This document shows, piece by piece, positions 39,734 to 48,982 of a stretch of 64,000 nt of DNA. Under the pieces are notes generated by a model that saw nothing but the letters and a program-made list of their open reading frames with translations, had not been told where the DNA came from and ran no database searches. Made by a program: the position numbers and the translations under genes. This stretch comes from a virus. Its lineage: Duplodnaviria; Caudoviricetes. Position 1 is the first letter of the stretch. Each line of letters begins with the position of its first letter. The DNA is taken from the IMG/VR virus record IMGVR_UViG_2061766007_000586, positions 96,001-160,000 of that record. One strand, 5' to 3'.

Positions 39734-40513
39734 TTATGCTAAATAAGTAATTGTTCCATGCTGACAATGATAATCACCAACATTGACTAATCTATCAAGA
39801 TAGAAAGCAGTGAAATATTCCATGAGTTTTTCAGCTGCACGACTCTGATAGAATCCATTATCAATACCTTCAAAAATCGGTTGTAAAACTGTAATAGCTT
39901 GTTCAACCTTAGTCATGTAATCATTGAACACTTCTTTTGGCATAATAAACGCATTATGCTTTGCAAGCAGTACCCAATTCTTCCATTTTGTGTAGAATGC
40001 TTGATCAGCTTCTGTCATATTTGGGAAAAGCTGTGCGATCAAATTTTCACCTTCATCTTTAAGAGAAGGAGTGCATGTTTTCTTTAGATATAATCCGTTC
40101 AAGCCATATCCTGTTGCATTGCACATTACAACATAGTTCGGTAAAAGACCAATTTCTGTTGGCATATGTGTTTCTGGATCTTCTGCACCGAGCCAAGAAG
40201 GTGGCGCAAGAATACGGCGATAGTGACAAAGTCCGATATAATCTGGATTACCGATCTTATCTTGATTTTTCCATGCCCAGTAAGCATGAGTTAATTCACA
40301 CAGATAACGATTTAAGTTAGAGATATTTTCTCCATCATCATCGCCCTGCATATCTGCTAATTCGTCAGGAATTTCCCCTAACACGTGGCCACCCATAACC
40401 GGCACATAAACATCACCTGGTTGATATTTTTGGCCTTCTTCAAAGGCGGTTAATCTACCACGATAGTCTTCGGAAGACTTATCATAAGCAACTATAATTT
40501 TTAAATTCTTCAT
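39734..40513 (-). CDS. DUF4422 family glycosyltransferase-like protein (tandem paralog)
   Basis: GDDDGENISNLNRYLCELTHAYWAWKN...PDYIGLCHYRR, NAFIMPKEVFNDY and R...L.E motifs. Confidence 0.88.
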   Translation of the reverse strand: MKNLKIIVAYDKSSEDYRGRLTAFEEGQKYQPGDVYVPVMGGHVLGEIPDELADMQGDDDGENISNLNRYLCELTHAYWAWKNQDKIGNPDYIGLCHYRRILAPPSWLGAEDPETHMPTEIGLLPNYVVMCNATGYGLNGLYLKKTCTPSLKDEGENLIAQLFPNMTEADQAFYTKWKNWVLLAKHNAFIMPKEVFNDYMTKVEQAITVLQPIFEGIDNGFYQSRAAEKLMEYFTAFYLDRLVNVGDYHCQHGTITYLA

Positions 40514-40596
40514 TTGGTATACCTTTCAGTATAAGGTTAATGAAATAAAATGTTTATTTCTAATCATAGAATAATCGAATTTGACTTAAAAAGAAA

Positions 40597-40626
40597 ACTA
40601 CACCAGGACATGAATCCTGGTGTAGT
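40597..40626 (-). terminator. Intrinsic terminator of the gyrB operon
   Basis: Stem actacaccagga/tcctggtgtagt plus U-tract. Confidence 0.9.
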
Positions 40627-40630
40627 AACA

Positions 40631-40993
40631 TCACATTACAGTTACAAGCCGATCAAACGTTAAACAATCATGTTCACGGTTAAATTCACCATTCCATAAA
40701 TCTTGATGAATTTCCATAACTTCTTGAGAAGACAATACTTGATTCAATGTTTTATTTGCTAAATCACAAATAGCAATTGCTAGTATTGATTCTTCGTACT
40801 TGTTTAACTTACGACCTAACTTCTTTTCTATTTGTTGTTTGCTACCATTCATAATGTTGTACTTGTGAGTCTTTTCACCTGTACGTTCATTACGAACTGT
40901 ACCTGCATAAAATCCATAACCAGGTGTCATGTATTTATATACAGTTTCAGCGGCATCATACAATTTATCAAATAGCTTGGGATCCTTAATCAT
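40631..40993 (-). CDS. Hypothetical protein (120 aa)
   Basis: ATGA-coupled to the upstream gene in the gyrB operon. Confidence 0.75.
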   Translation of the reverse strand: MIKDPKLFDKLYDAAETVYKYMTPGYGFYAGTVRNERTGEKTHKYNIMNGSKQQIEKKLGRKLNKYEESILAIAICDLANKTLNQVLSSQEVMEIHQDLWNGEFNREHDCLTFDRLVTVM

Positions 40994-41523
40994 TCTTGAT
41001 ACCCTATTTTCATTGTTCCAATACCTGAATTATCAGGTATAACTACTTGTTTAAAATTGTTTCCCTCTGAAGTACCTGTCATCAATCCATCTTCAGTTCT
41101 AACAGTTATTGGTATTTCTTGATTGTCCTCTGTTACAAATACAAAAGTAGCAAGAGTAGGTTTCAATCCTAACACCAATTGTGTTAATTCCATAAAACGT
41201 CTTGATGAGAGTTTCTCACCTTTCTTCAACTCTTTCACAATATTTGCTTTATTGTTCATAGCTGATTGAGGTGTTTTTCCTAACACAAGGATAGCATATT
41301 GCTTGTACTTTTCGTCGAAGTACTCCTTCGTAATATGCTCTTGTACACAAAGACGTCGAAACATACTGAGGATAATATCACTCGTAGCACCAACATCTTT
41401 TTCCGTAAACAAAGGAGTTCCTTCTTGTCTCAGCTGCTCTACTTTATCAATCGGAAGTAGAGTACCTGACATATCCTCAAATTCCTGAAATATATTTGAT
41501 GATTCAGGAGTTGCCATGCTCAT
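40990..41523 (-). CDS. Hypothetical protein resembling a small helical phiKZ-like family (177 aa)
   Basis: IL.MFR....I....F...Y.......N..KELKK...S...F pattern; ATGA coupling; RBS aggag. Confidence 0.7.
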   Translation of the reverse strand: MSMATPESSNIFQEFEDMSGTLLPIDKVEQLRQEGTPLFTEKDVGATSDIILSMFRRLCVQEHITKEYFDEKYKQYAILVLGKTPQSAMNNKANIVKELKKGEKLSSRRFMELTQLVLGLKPTLATFVFVTEDNQEIPITVRTEDGLMTGTSEGNNFKQVVIPDNSGIGTMKIGYQE

Positions 41524-42353
41524 AATTTTAAACTCTCCTTGGATTTTTGTTTGAAATATTCTTGAGCAGTTAATTGATATTCAATATGTTTTAAAGCAAC
41601 AATTTCTTTCGCTATTGTTCCAAAAGATTCTGCAACTGCAGATCTTTCAAACAAGCAAGCTAAGAAAACGGTCGCATATTCAGATATAACATTCTTGTAG
41701 AAATTATATCTAGATTCTTCTGTGTATATTCTTGTATCTTCTTTACACATTTTCATAAGAGGTGCAAAGTTCGGTATACATCTCGTAATATCAAACTCTA
41801 TATCTCTTTCATGTCCACCACGATTTGCCAGCATACTGTATCGATCAATAGTTGATAATAAATAACGTGCAATATAGTACGTATATTTAAAATCACGTTG
41901 CTTTGAATAAGCAAAGATCGGCATTAAGCAAGCATACCATCCTGGGTTTTCATGATTGTAAGGAAAACGTGTGATACAAAAGATAAATTCATGTAGTAAA
42001 TGAATGTATTTTCGATTAATCGGTGTATCATACGACAAGTAGCCTGCCAATTGATACGCATCATCATCTTCCATCCAGTGCAACTTATAGTTGGCTAAAC
42101 GGAACATAGTAACAAGTAATTCAATTGTGCAGGCATGCACGTCGTATAAATCTTTAGTGTCTTTATGATTTCTTAAAAGAGCTGTCATAGCTCCAACATC
42201 GAACATCTCGATTGGGAAGATGTTTCGATCTGAAGGTGGCAGCTCATTTGCATAGACACTGATGTTTTCGCTTGGGTCGGGGTTAGACGCAAGATATTGC
42301 GTCATAACCGACTCCAAGTTCTTTTTGTAATCGTTTATTTCAGATTGCTTCAT
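41520..42353 (-). CDS. Hypothetical protein (277 aa)
   Basis: ATGA-coupled to the gyrB stop. Confidence 0.8.
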   Translation of the reverse strand: MKQSEINDYKKNLESVMTQYLASNPDPSENISVYANELPPSDRNIFPIEMFDVGAMTALLRNHKDTKDLYDVHACTIELLVTMFRLANYKLHWMEDDDAYQLAGYLSYDTPINRKYIHLLHEFIFCITRFPYNHENPGWYACLMPIFAYSKQRDFKYTYYIARYLLSTIDRYSMLANRGGHERDIEFDITRCIPNFAPLMKMCKEDTRIYTEESRYNFYKNVISEYATVFLACLFERSAVAESFGTIAKEIVALKHIEYQLTAQEYFKQKSKESLKL

Positions 42354-44848
42354 AAGTCACCCCTGGTCCAAGTATAACCAAAGTCAGAGGCAACTAACTT
42401 CTTACGAGCAGTTGTCTCTTGTCCTAACATGTCGTATAATGTCTGTACATTACCTACGCCATTGATAGTCATGACTGTTCTTGTATTAGCATCCAAGCAA
42501 GTACGCTTCAGTTCATCACGGCTACATTCGCCTAATCCCTTTAAGCGTGTTACATTGAATTCACTATCAAGAACTTCGAAGATCTGTTTTATTTGCCAGA
42601 ACATCTTCGGTTCAGTTTTAATCTTATCTGTCAATTTGGTTGATACAAAGATAGTATAAGATCTCCAGTTATACTGTTCAAGGAACGGAAGAATGTGATA
42701 GCCAATTTCATTGATTAAACGATCAACAGGTACTGAATACTCCACTGATCCTGTGATTAAAGTTAACACATTACTAGAAGCAGTAAAGATACAATCACTG
42801 AGTTTCAAACGATCTTTGATACCTTCAGTATTGACACATAACTGTCCAGTTGTGTTATAGTAGATGAAATCTGTACAATGACACATTTCTTCCACAATGA
42901 ACGGATCAACGGCTAACTTTCTACTTGTATCTTCCAGCATAGATGCGACATACTTAATAAAGTACACCAGATCACGATAAGCACTACCTGTTACTTCAAT
43001 AAGAGGTTGTCCATCTGTCATAACAAATAATGCAATTTGCTGTTGATACATTTCGACTCTGAAGTCGTCTAATGCTTTCTGATCACGAAGATACTTACAA
43101 TTCGTATCATCATCTTTCTTATTCTTCGATTCTTTACTACGAAGAACATAGAGAGGTGGCATGGCGACTTTCACTCTCCCCTGATCAAGGATCAAAGGAT
43201 TGATTTTGTAGAACATTCCGATCAAGAGGTCAATGATACTGAGACCATCAGGGTCAGCATCAGCCATGATTACGATTTCTTTGAAGTTCATATTGTCAAG
43301 ATTTGTATCTCTCGGATGAACTCCAATCAAACGAACCAAGTCTGTAAACACATCGTCTTTTCTACAGGCATCTGGAGATTTGACGAATGTGTTAATACAC
43401 TTACCTCTTAATTCATACACTGCTTGATAGGATGGATCACGAAGCTGAATAACCCAGTTACCTGAAGACAATCCTTCAACAATGTTCAAAGTTGCAACTG
43501 ATTTATCACGAGTCTCACATGCAAAATAGCAGTCAGGACGTGACAATTCAAATGCAACATTCTTCAGAGACTTACCTGTATTCAGTGCTCTGTTCAAACT
43601 CTGACTAAATTTCTTTGTCAGATCTTCTTGAATCAACTCAAACAAACGTTCAAATACAGAATCATCAACACGATCTAATTCATGTGCTAGTGCAGTACTG
43701 TAAATTCTAGAGAAGTCTAACGATACAAATGAAGACTTAGTCTGAGAAATGAACTTGGCATTCTTGTACTGAGCATTCACATAACCATGGAATGGTAAGT
43801 TATACTGCTGTTCAAAGAACGATCTAAGATCACTATTATCTTCATCCAGATATTGAACTAATCTAGATTTAATTACATTCTGCAAAACTGCGATATGAGA
43901 TGCAGTAGCTACAGAAATAATGTTTCCATTTACAATACCTAAAATACCTGATTCACGTTCAGGATGAGCTGTTAAACCAAGACCAATATCATATCCAATC
44001 ACATCGTTCGGATCGACTAAACTGATGTCTTTGTGGAAGTTATACTTCCAAACTGTAGGATCATTGATCTTACATTCCTGACGAGAATAGTCAAACATAC
44101 TAACATGATCAGGACTCTGATAAATAACAGGTCCATTAAACTCAGTGATATATTTCCACTGATCTTTAAACGGCTGGTTAAACCAGTCTTGTGGAAGCAG
44201 GAAGTCAGCACGATAAACAGTGAACTTCACATTTGGTCTAAAGACCGACATGAACTCAAGCTGTTTAATAGTTGTCATCAAACCTCTCTCATCTGTCATA
44301 TAAAGTTTGGTTTCTTTTACGATAGAAGGATCGGTTTCATAGATAACAGTAGTACCGTTTGTGGCATCGTTCTTATCAAGCGGTTTATACTGCTTATACT
44401 CTTTTGTAACACCTTGTTCAAATCGAACACCAGCAAATCCATCAGGACGTTTCGAAATAGAAATAAAGTGATTACTAAGAGCATTGGTAAGTTTACTACC
44501 ACAACCCCAGCATCCGGAACTTAATCCGTAATATGCTGAAGCGTCGTACTTACCAGAAGTAGAACGCTTTGTATAAACATCCTCTAATTTATCCAGAGGA
44601 ATACCACGTCCATGATCTTGTACTGCAACCTGATAATTTTGACCATCCGTGAAGAAGATCATTTTGATATGATAAATGATATTCGGGTCAATTGCTTCAT
44701 CAGTAGCATTCAAACAGATTTCAAGAAATAACTGAACATCTGTATCAATACCACCTGATCCTACATATTGACTTGAATTAATACGATAGTCTTCAAGAGC
44801 TGTAAGAGTTCTAATATTAGAACTATCATATTTCGGTATCGTACCCAT
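42350..44848 (-). CDS. gyrB: Type IIA topoisomerase / DNA gyrase subunit B (start reassigned to 44848, 832 aa)
   Basis: GHKL motifs EICLNATDE, DHGRGIP, G..G.G...NALS, GTTV; TOPRIM motifs VEGLSS, ELRGKCIN, MADADPDG; C-terminal RLKGLGEC; RBS aaggag. Confidence 0.92.
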   Translation of the reverse strand: MGTIPKYDSSNIRTLTALEDYRINSSQYVGSGGIDTDVQLFLEICLNATDEAIDPNIIYHIKMIFFTDGQNYQVAVQDHGRGIPLDKLEDVYTKRSTSGKYDASAYYGLSSGCWGCGSKLTNALSNHFISISKRPDGFAGVRFEQGVTKEYKQYKPLDKNDATNGTTVIYETDPSIVKETKLYMTDERGLMTTIKQLEFMSVFRPNVKFTVYRADFLLPQDWFNQPFKDQWKYITEFNGPVIYQSPDHVSMFDYSRQECKINDPTVWKYNFHKDISLVDPNDVIGYDIGLGLTAHPERESGILGIVNGNIISVATASHIAVLQNVIKSRLVQYLDEDNSDLRSFFEQQYNLPFHGYVNAQYKNAKFISQTKSSFVSLDFSRIYSTALAHELDRVDDSVFERLFELIQEDLTKKFSQSLNRALNTGKSLKNVAFELSRPDCYFACETRDKSVATLNIVEGLSSGNWVIQLRDPSYQAVYELRGKCINTFVKSPDACRKDDVFTDLVRLIGVHPRDTNLDNMNFKEIVIMADADPDGLSIIDLLIGMFYKINPLILDQGRVKVAMPPLYVLRSKESKNKKDDDTNCKYLRDQKALDDFRVEMYQQQIALFVMTDGQPLIEVTGSAYRDLVYFIKYVASMLEDTSRKLAVDPFIVEEMCHCTDFIYYNTTGQLCVNTEGIKDRLKLSDCIFTASSNVLTLITGSVEYSVPVDRLINEIGYHILPFLEQYNWRSYTIFVSTKLTDKIKTEPKMFWQIKQIFEVLDSEFNVTRLKGLGECSRDELKRTCLDANTRTVMTINGVGNVQTLYDMLGQETTARKKLVASDFGYTWTRGDL

Positions 44849-44892
44849 ATTTGCTCCTTTTATGTTGGGTTTGTGAAATTTCGTCTCTATAG

Positions 44893-44904
44893 TAGTAATA
44901 TATA
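44893..44904 (-). promoter_or_regulatory. Early-type promoter TATATATTACTA
   Basis: Exact repeat of the 12-mer, 45 nt upstream of gyrB. Confidence 0.75.
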
Positions 44905-44981
44905 GCTCAAGGAACAATGGCTATAAGAAGATATGCAATATATTACCATTTCTCCAAATTTTTAAACTAACGTATTTAGTC

Positions 44982-44990
44982 CATGTTATG
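44982..44990 (+). promoter_or_regulatory. Late-type promoter CATGTTATG
   Basis: Recurring CAT-NN-TATG motif upstream of 45061. Confidence 0.5.
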
Positions 44991-45060
44991 ATAATAACCT
45001 TATTATTTTAGGTTAGTTTTGATGTCGTATATTTTCATTTTTATATAGTCGAGGTGGTAT

Positions 45061-45522
45061 ATGGACGAGAACACTATTCCAAAATCTCCAGAAGAATTAG
45101 CATTCGATGAGATGAATACTGCTCTTGAGAGTATCAAAGATAAACGATCAGTACTGATCGATCAATTATTAGAAACAGCACGTACAACAAAAATTGATTT
45201 TGAAAACGATGCTCCAAGAAAAACAGAGATGAAATTATCTCTTATGAAAACAGTAGATGATCTACTGAAATCTCAAGAATCTCTTTACACTGGTAAAGTT
45301 AAAATTAATCTTCAAAAGAAGTCTGAAGAAACAAATGAAGGTATTAAGAAAATGGCTGTTGAAATTCTTAGAAATATCAATATGAATCAACATGCCAATG
45401 CTCCTGTTTCTACAACAACTAATGATGAAGAAAACTTAAAGAAAGCATTTGATGAGATGGTCAATGATGACCCAGATAAATCGATTAAAGATTCAGAATT
45501 AGAAATACCAGATACAAAATGA
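45061..45522 (+). CDS. Hypothetical helical protein (153 aa), probable jumbo-phage core gene
   Basis: RBS gaggtg; next to the RNAP beta-prime gene cluster. Confidence 0.8.
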   Translation: MDENTIPKSPEELAFDEMNTALESIKDKRSVLIDQLLETARTTKIDFENDAPRKTEMKLSLMKTVDDLLKSQESLYTGKVKINLQKKSEETNEGIKKMAVEILRNINMNQHANAPVSTTTNDEENLKKAFDEMVNDDPDKSIKDSELEIPDTK

Positions 45523-45526
45523 AAAC

Positions 45527-45553
45527 AGGACTACGGGCTAAGCCCGTAGTCCT
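45527..45553. terminator. Bidirectional terminator; same stem as 51021-51053
   Basis: Stem aggactacggg/cccgtagtcct between convergent genes. Confidence 0.85.
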
Positions 45554-45692
45554 TTAGGTCAAACTTGCGTTTTTTCGTTTCCAATGAACAAACTCAAATT
45601 CATGAAAAGAAAGGATTGAATTGAGAGAGGTAAAAGGCAGGACGTGTAAACGTCCTTTAGAACTAGGGAAACACTTATGTCATTCAAAACGT

Positions 45693-46265
45693 TTAAACTT
45701 GTTCAGCTTTACGTAAAATCCAGCGACCAAGTGATTCACTTAAACACATGGCCCGCATAGATTTTAATGTAAAACGATAATGCTTAGAACGAGTACGAAT
45801 CACACGAGCAAGTTCTTCAAATGATTGATGAATGGAACTTACCATAGTTTTCGTTCTAGCATCCTGAATATTGTGCACACCAAGAAGAGCAACAGCAGGA
45901 TTTGTGAGCTCTTCAAGATTACGTGCGAACCATGCATAGAATTCCTGATAAACTTTCGGATCATTGATACGATTCAAATAGTTACAGAGATTAATCCAAT
46001 GAATCATGGTTGATTCTTTTTTCTGATATGCAGTTGTATAAGCTGTAATCAGCTTTGTTAATTTATCTACATTCGTAGGTGCTTTCTTAGGTGGTTCTTT
46101 CATTTGATTCACTTTGACTGTAGGAGTTGGAGTTTGCGCAGGTCTCGCAAATGAGACGGAGCTACTAATTGAGGAAGATGATGCAAGGGTCACATCACTT
46201 GTTTCAGTTGGGGTTTCATCAGGCATAGTTAAACCTTCATTTAATTTATATTTATTTTTCTTCAT
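45693..46265 (-). CDS. Hypothetical protein downstream of the RNAP subunit (phiKZ gp79-like position)
   Basis: ATGA-coupled to the RNAP gene; low-complexity N-terminus and helical C-terminus; alternative start at 46226. Confidence 0.75.
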   Translation of the reverse strand: MKKNKYKLNEGLTMPDETPTETSDVTLASSSSISSSVSFARPAQTPTPTVKVNQMKEPPKKAPTNVDKLTKLITAYTTAYQKKESTMIHWINLCNYLNRINDPKVYQEFYAWFARNLEELTNPAVALLGVHNIQDARTKTMVSSIHQSFEELARVIRTRSKHYRFTLKSMRAMCLSESLGRWILRKAEQV

Positions 46266-47935
46266 AAGACAAACTGATCCAGTGTGTTAGGTTGAAGTTC
46301 AATGAGTTCTAGTTTCGTACCATGCATATTTTTCATAGATGCAAGCATGAAGGTTGTTGAAATATCAACAATCATTAAAGATAACTGCTTCACATCTAAT
46401 TCAGCGAATAATCTACCAACACACTTATAGCAGAATCCATTCTGACACTGGCAATATAACGGACTTCTCATCGTATAAGTTTTTGCTGGTAACATTTTAG
46501 CTAGGTCTTTTGTAATCTCAACCCATTTGTTATCTAATAAAATATATCTACCCATAAATTTTTCAATAGGTACTTTTTCAAAGTCAATTGGTATTCCACG
46601 TTTGGTATGACAATCGTCTAATGTAATACGACTATCATGGAATGCACGAATCACATCTTTAGTTAAAGCACCACCTTTACGGGTTTCATGACCACGCTGA
46701 TAAGAACCTTTACGAGATTCATTACCATAGACTGGTAAGTCTTCTACACGTAATCCATCTTCAAGACTATTACGTAAGAATTCATATTTAGAGGAGTCAT
46801 TGGAGAATGCTTCAATACCACCAACAGCAATATAAAGTTTCTTACGATAAAGGTCGAATGATTTACCACCTTGAGGTGTGTAGAAACGCATAGAGTTATC
46901 ACCCTTTAAATAAGCCTTATCAAGTGCAATTAATTCATTTTCAATTTTTGCAATTGTTTCAGGATCATTTAAAGTGTCTTTATATTTTTCATAAAGTTCT
47001 TTCTTCCTACGAGCAACTTCATCAGAAGTGGATAATGCTCTTTCCGTAATACCAGGAGTACAAAGTTCTGTAAAGTGACCAAGATAGAACAAGCGATCTA
47101 AGCACATACGATAAGATTGAACTGTAATCTTTTTAGCAAGTAATGCTTTATTAATCGTATTGACTACATCTCCCTTGTCAACTAACATTGCTTTATTCTC
47201 AAATGGGAAACTAACACCGAATGGTTCAACAAAAACAAGTTGATTGAAGATAACTCTTCCAACTGTTGTTTCAACTGGTTCTTTGATATTAGGAATAGGT
47301 CCACCTGGTTCAAGATCTAATGTGTCAACTTCAGTCATAAGACGTGTATCAACATTATCACTCAGAATTGTAAGTGAAATTGTTTTCTTTTTTATCAGAT
47401 CATCAAGAGAAGAACAAACTTCAGCAACATAGCTTACTCCATCTTCATCATTCAGTTGAACAATTTCATAATACTCTTGATCTCTGAAATAACGACTTAG
47501 TACATAATCAAAATATTCTTCATTGGTACACTTACGAACTTGTCTGGAAAAGATATCAGCAGTTTCTTGATCTTCCATAGGCAGACTTGTGAAATTCTGA
47601 TATTGAAGAACAAGTCTATGAATATCCTGATTTTCAGTAATCAAAGGAATATTCTTTTCATACATCCATTTGGTTACTGTATCGAGTTTCTGATAATCTT
47701 GTGGTTGAATAGGTTGATCATCAGGATTTTGTAATCGTACAGGATTTGCTAAACTATTTTTCAGCTCTATATATGTGGGTTGCGCGTGCGTGCGCGCGCC
47801 CTCAATCACGCTTTTCTTTAATTCCATTCCTGGCTTGATGCTTCTGGTCAATGCATGAATGAGAAATTTACGAAACTTGAAATGAGATGTATTTCGTAAA
47901 AGAAAATCTTTGAGAACAGGATTCAATTTACTCAT
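46262..47935 (-). CDS. Phage multisubunit RNA polymerase beta-prime subunit, C-terminal part (phiKZ gp80-like, virion RNAP)
   Basis: ETTVGRVIFN; bridge-helix region GSYQRGHET..GG..TK; DDCHTKRG; zinc site MRSPLYC....GFCYKCVG; trigger-loop-like MKNMHG. Confidence 0.88.
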   Translation of the reverse strand: MSKLNPVLKDFLLRNTSHFKFRKFLIHALTRSIKPGMELKKSVIEGARTHAQPTYIELKNSLANPVRLQNPDDQPIQPQDYQKLDTVTKWMYEKNIPLITENQDIHRLVLQYQNFTSLPMEDQETADIFSRQVRKCTNEEYFDYVLSRYFRDQEYYEIVQLNDEDGVSYVAEVCSSLDDLIKKKTISLTILSDNVDTRLMTEVDTLDLEPGGPIPNIKEPVETTVGRVIFNQLVFVEPFGVSFPFENKAMLVDKGDVVNTINKALLAKKITVQSYRMCLDRLFYLGHFTELCTPGITERALSTSDEVARRKKELYEKYKDTLNDPETIAKIENELIALDKAYLKGDNSMRFYTPQGGKSFDLYRKKLYIAVGGIEAFSNDSSKYEFLRNSLEDGLRVEDLPVYGNESRKGSYQRGHETRKGGALTKDVIRAFHDSRITLDDCHTKRGIPIDFEKVPIEKFMGRYILLDNKWVEITKDLAKMLPAKTYTMRSPLYCQCQNGFCYKCVGRLFAELDVKQLSLMIVDISTTFMLASMKNMHGTKLELIELQPNTLDQFVL

Positions 47936-47999
47936 ATGGATTCATCTCTCTTTGAAAGGTTTAAATTCACAATCTATAGGATAGACATATAAATGATCA

Positions 48000-48200
48000 T
48001 ATTTTTTAAAAACAAATTTTTCTTTATTTTCTTTTCTATATTCTTTTCTTTTGTTTTGTAAGATATATAAAGGATACGATGAGTATTCTTTATATATCGC
48101 CATATATAGTGTTCCTCAATTCTTTCTTTGTCTTGTTCTTTATTCTTCTTTTCTTTGTATTACTTTCTTTTCTTCTTGTTTCTTATTCTATGTCTTTCTC
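48000..48200. other. Strand-skewed T/C-rich non-coding tract with a central imperfect palindrome
   Basis: Runs of tttct/ttctt on the plus strand around gatatataaaggatac-N5-gtattctttatatatc. Confidence 0.6.
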
Positions 48201-48216
48201 AAAAAATAAAGATAAA

Positions 48217-48243
48217 CACAAGAGGTGCTGAGCACCTCTTGTG
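48217..48243 (-). terminator. Intrinsic terminator
   Basis: Stem cacaagaggtgct/agcacctcttgtg plus U-tract. Confidence 0.9.
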
Positions 48244-48249
48244 ATAGAA

Positions 48250-48954
48250 TTAATTAACTTCTTTGAAGAAACTACCCATGCTACGATTATCTTCATCGTT
48301 CGCATGGTGATAATTATTACGATGTGCACGTTCGTATTGACCATTAGGATCATTACGCATTTCATCATCGGCTCTGTATTCTTCTTCGTTTTTCGATTTC
48401 ACTTTTCTGGAACCAATTAATCCACGATTCATCCATGTGAATAATTTACGTCCAGCTTTTGTAATAATACCATCTTTAGCGTCTGATAAAGCACGACTCT
48501 CTAAACCTTCATCAAATGTTTCTTGTGTAGAGAATCCAGCTTGAGCTGTAGCGCTTGTATCAAACTCATTTGGTTGTACAGCTGTGAATCGAATAACATT
48601 CCATTTGATTTTTTCAGCACGAATATGATCAAATCTCCACTTAGCTAAAGTGTAAATAATAAGAGGATTTACCCCTTTGTTTAATTTGATCTCTTCATTC
48701 GTTTTCATACTGATACCAGTTACAATACAACGTGAAGTATAGATTTTGTGCTTATAAACACAAACTAACATTTTAACTGTTAAGTTTTTAATGTTTTGAT
48801 TATCGTGATAATATCTAATTACACGTAATACTGGTTCTGTTAATTTTTGTAATTGATGATTTGGAGTTCTCTTTTCAATCGCTTTTTTCTCTTTTTTAGA
48901 TTGACCTTGAGATTCCTGTTCGTCATCATCAAAAAATCCTTCATCACTACTCAT
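48250..48954 (-). CDS. Hypothetical protein (likely start 48954, MSSDEGFF)
   Basis: RBS gagga before this ATG; long ORF. Confidence 0.75.
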   Translation of the reverse strand: MSSDEGFFDDDEQESQGQSKKEKKAIEKRTPNHQLQKLTEPVLRVIRYYHDNQNIKNLTVKMLVCVYKHKIYTSRCIVTGISMKTNEEIKLNKGVNPLIIYTLAKWRFDHIRAEKIKWNVIRFTAVQPNEFDTSATAQAGFSTQETFDEGLESRALSDAKDGIITKAGRKLFTWMNRGLIGSRKVKSKNEEEYRADDEMRNDPNGQYERAHRNNYHHANDEDNRSMGSFFKEVN

Positions 48955-48982
48955 TATTGTTATCCTCATTAGGTGTTATAGT

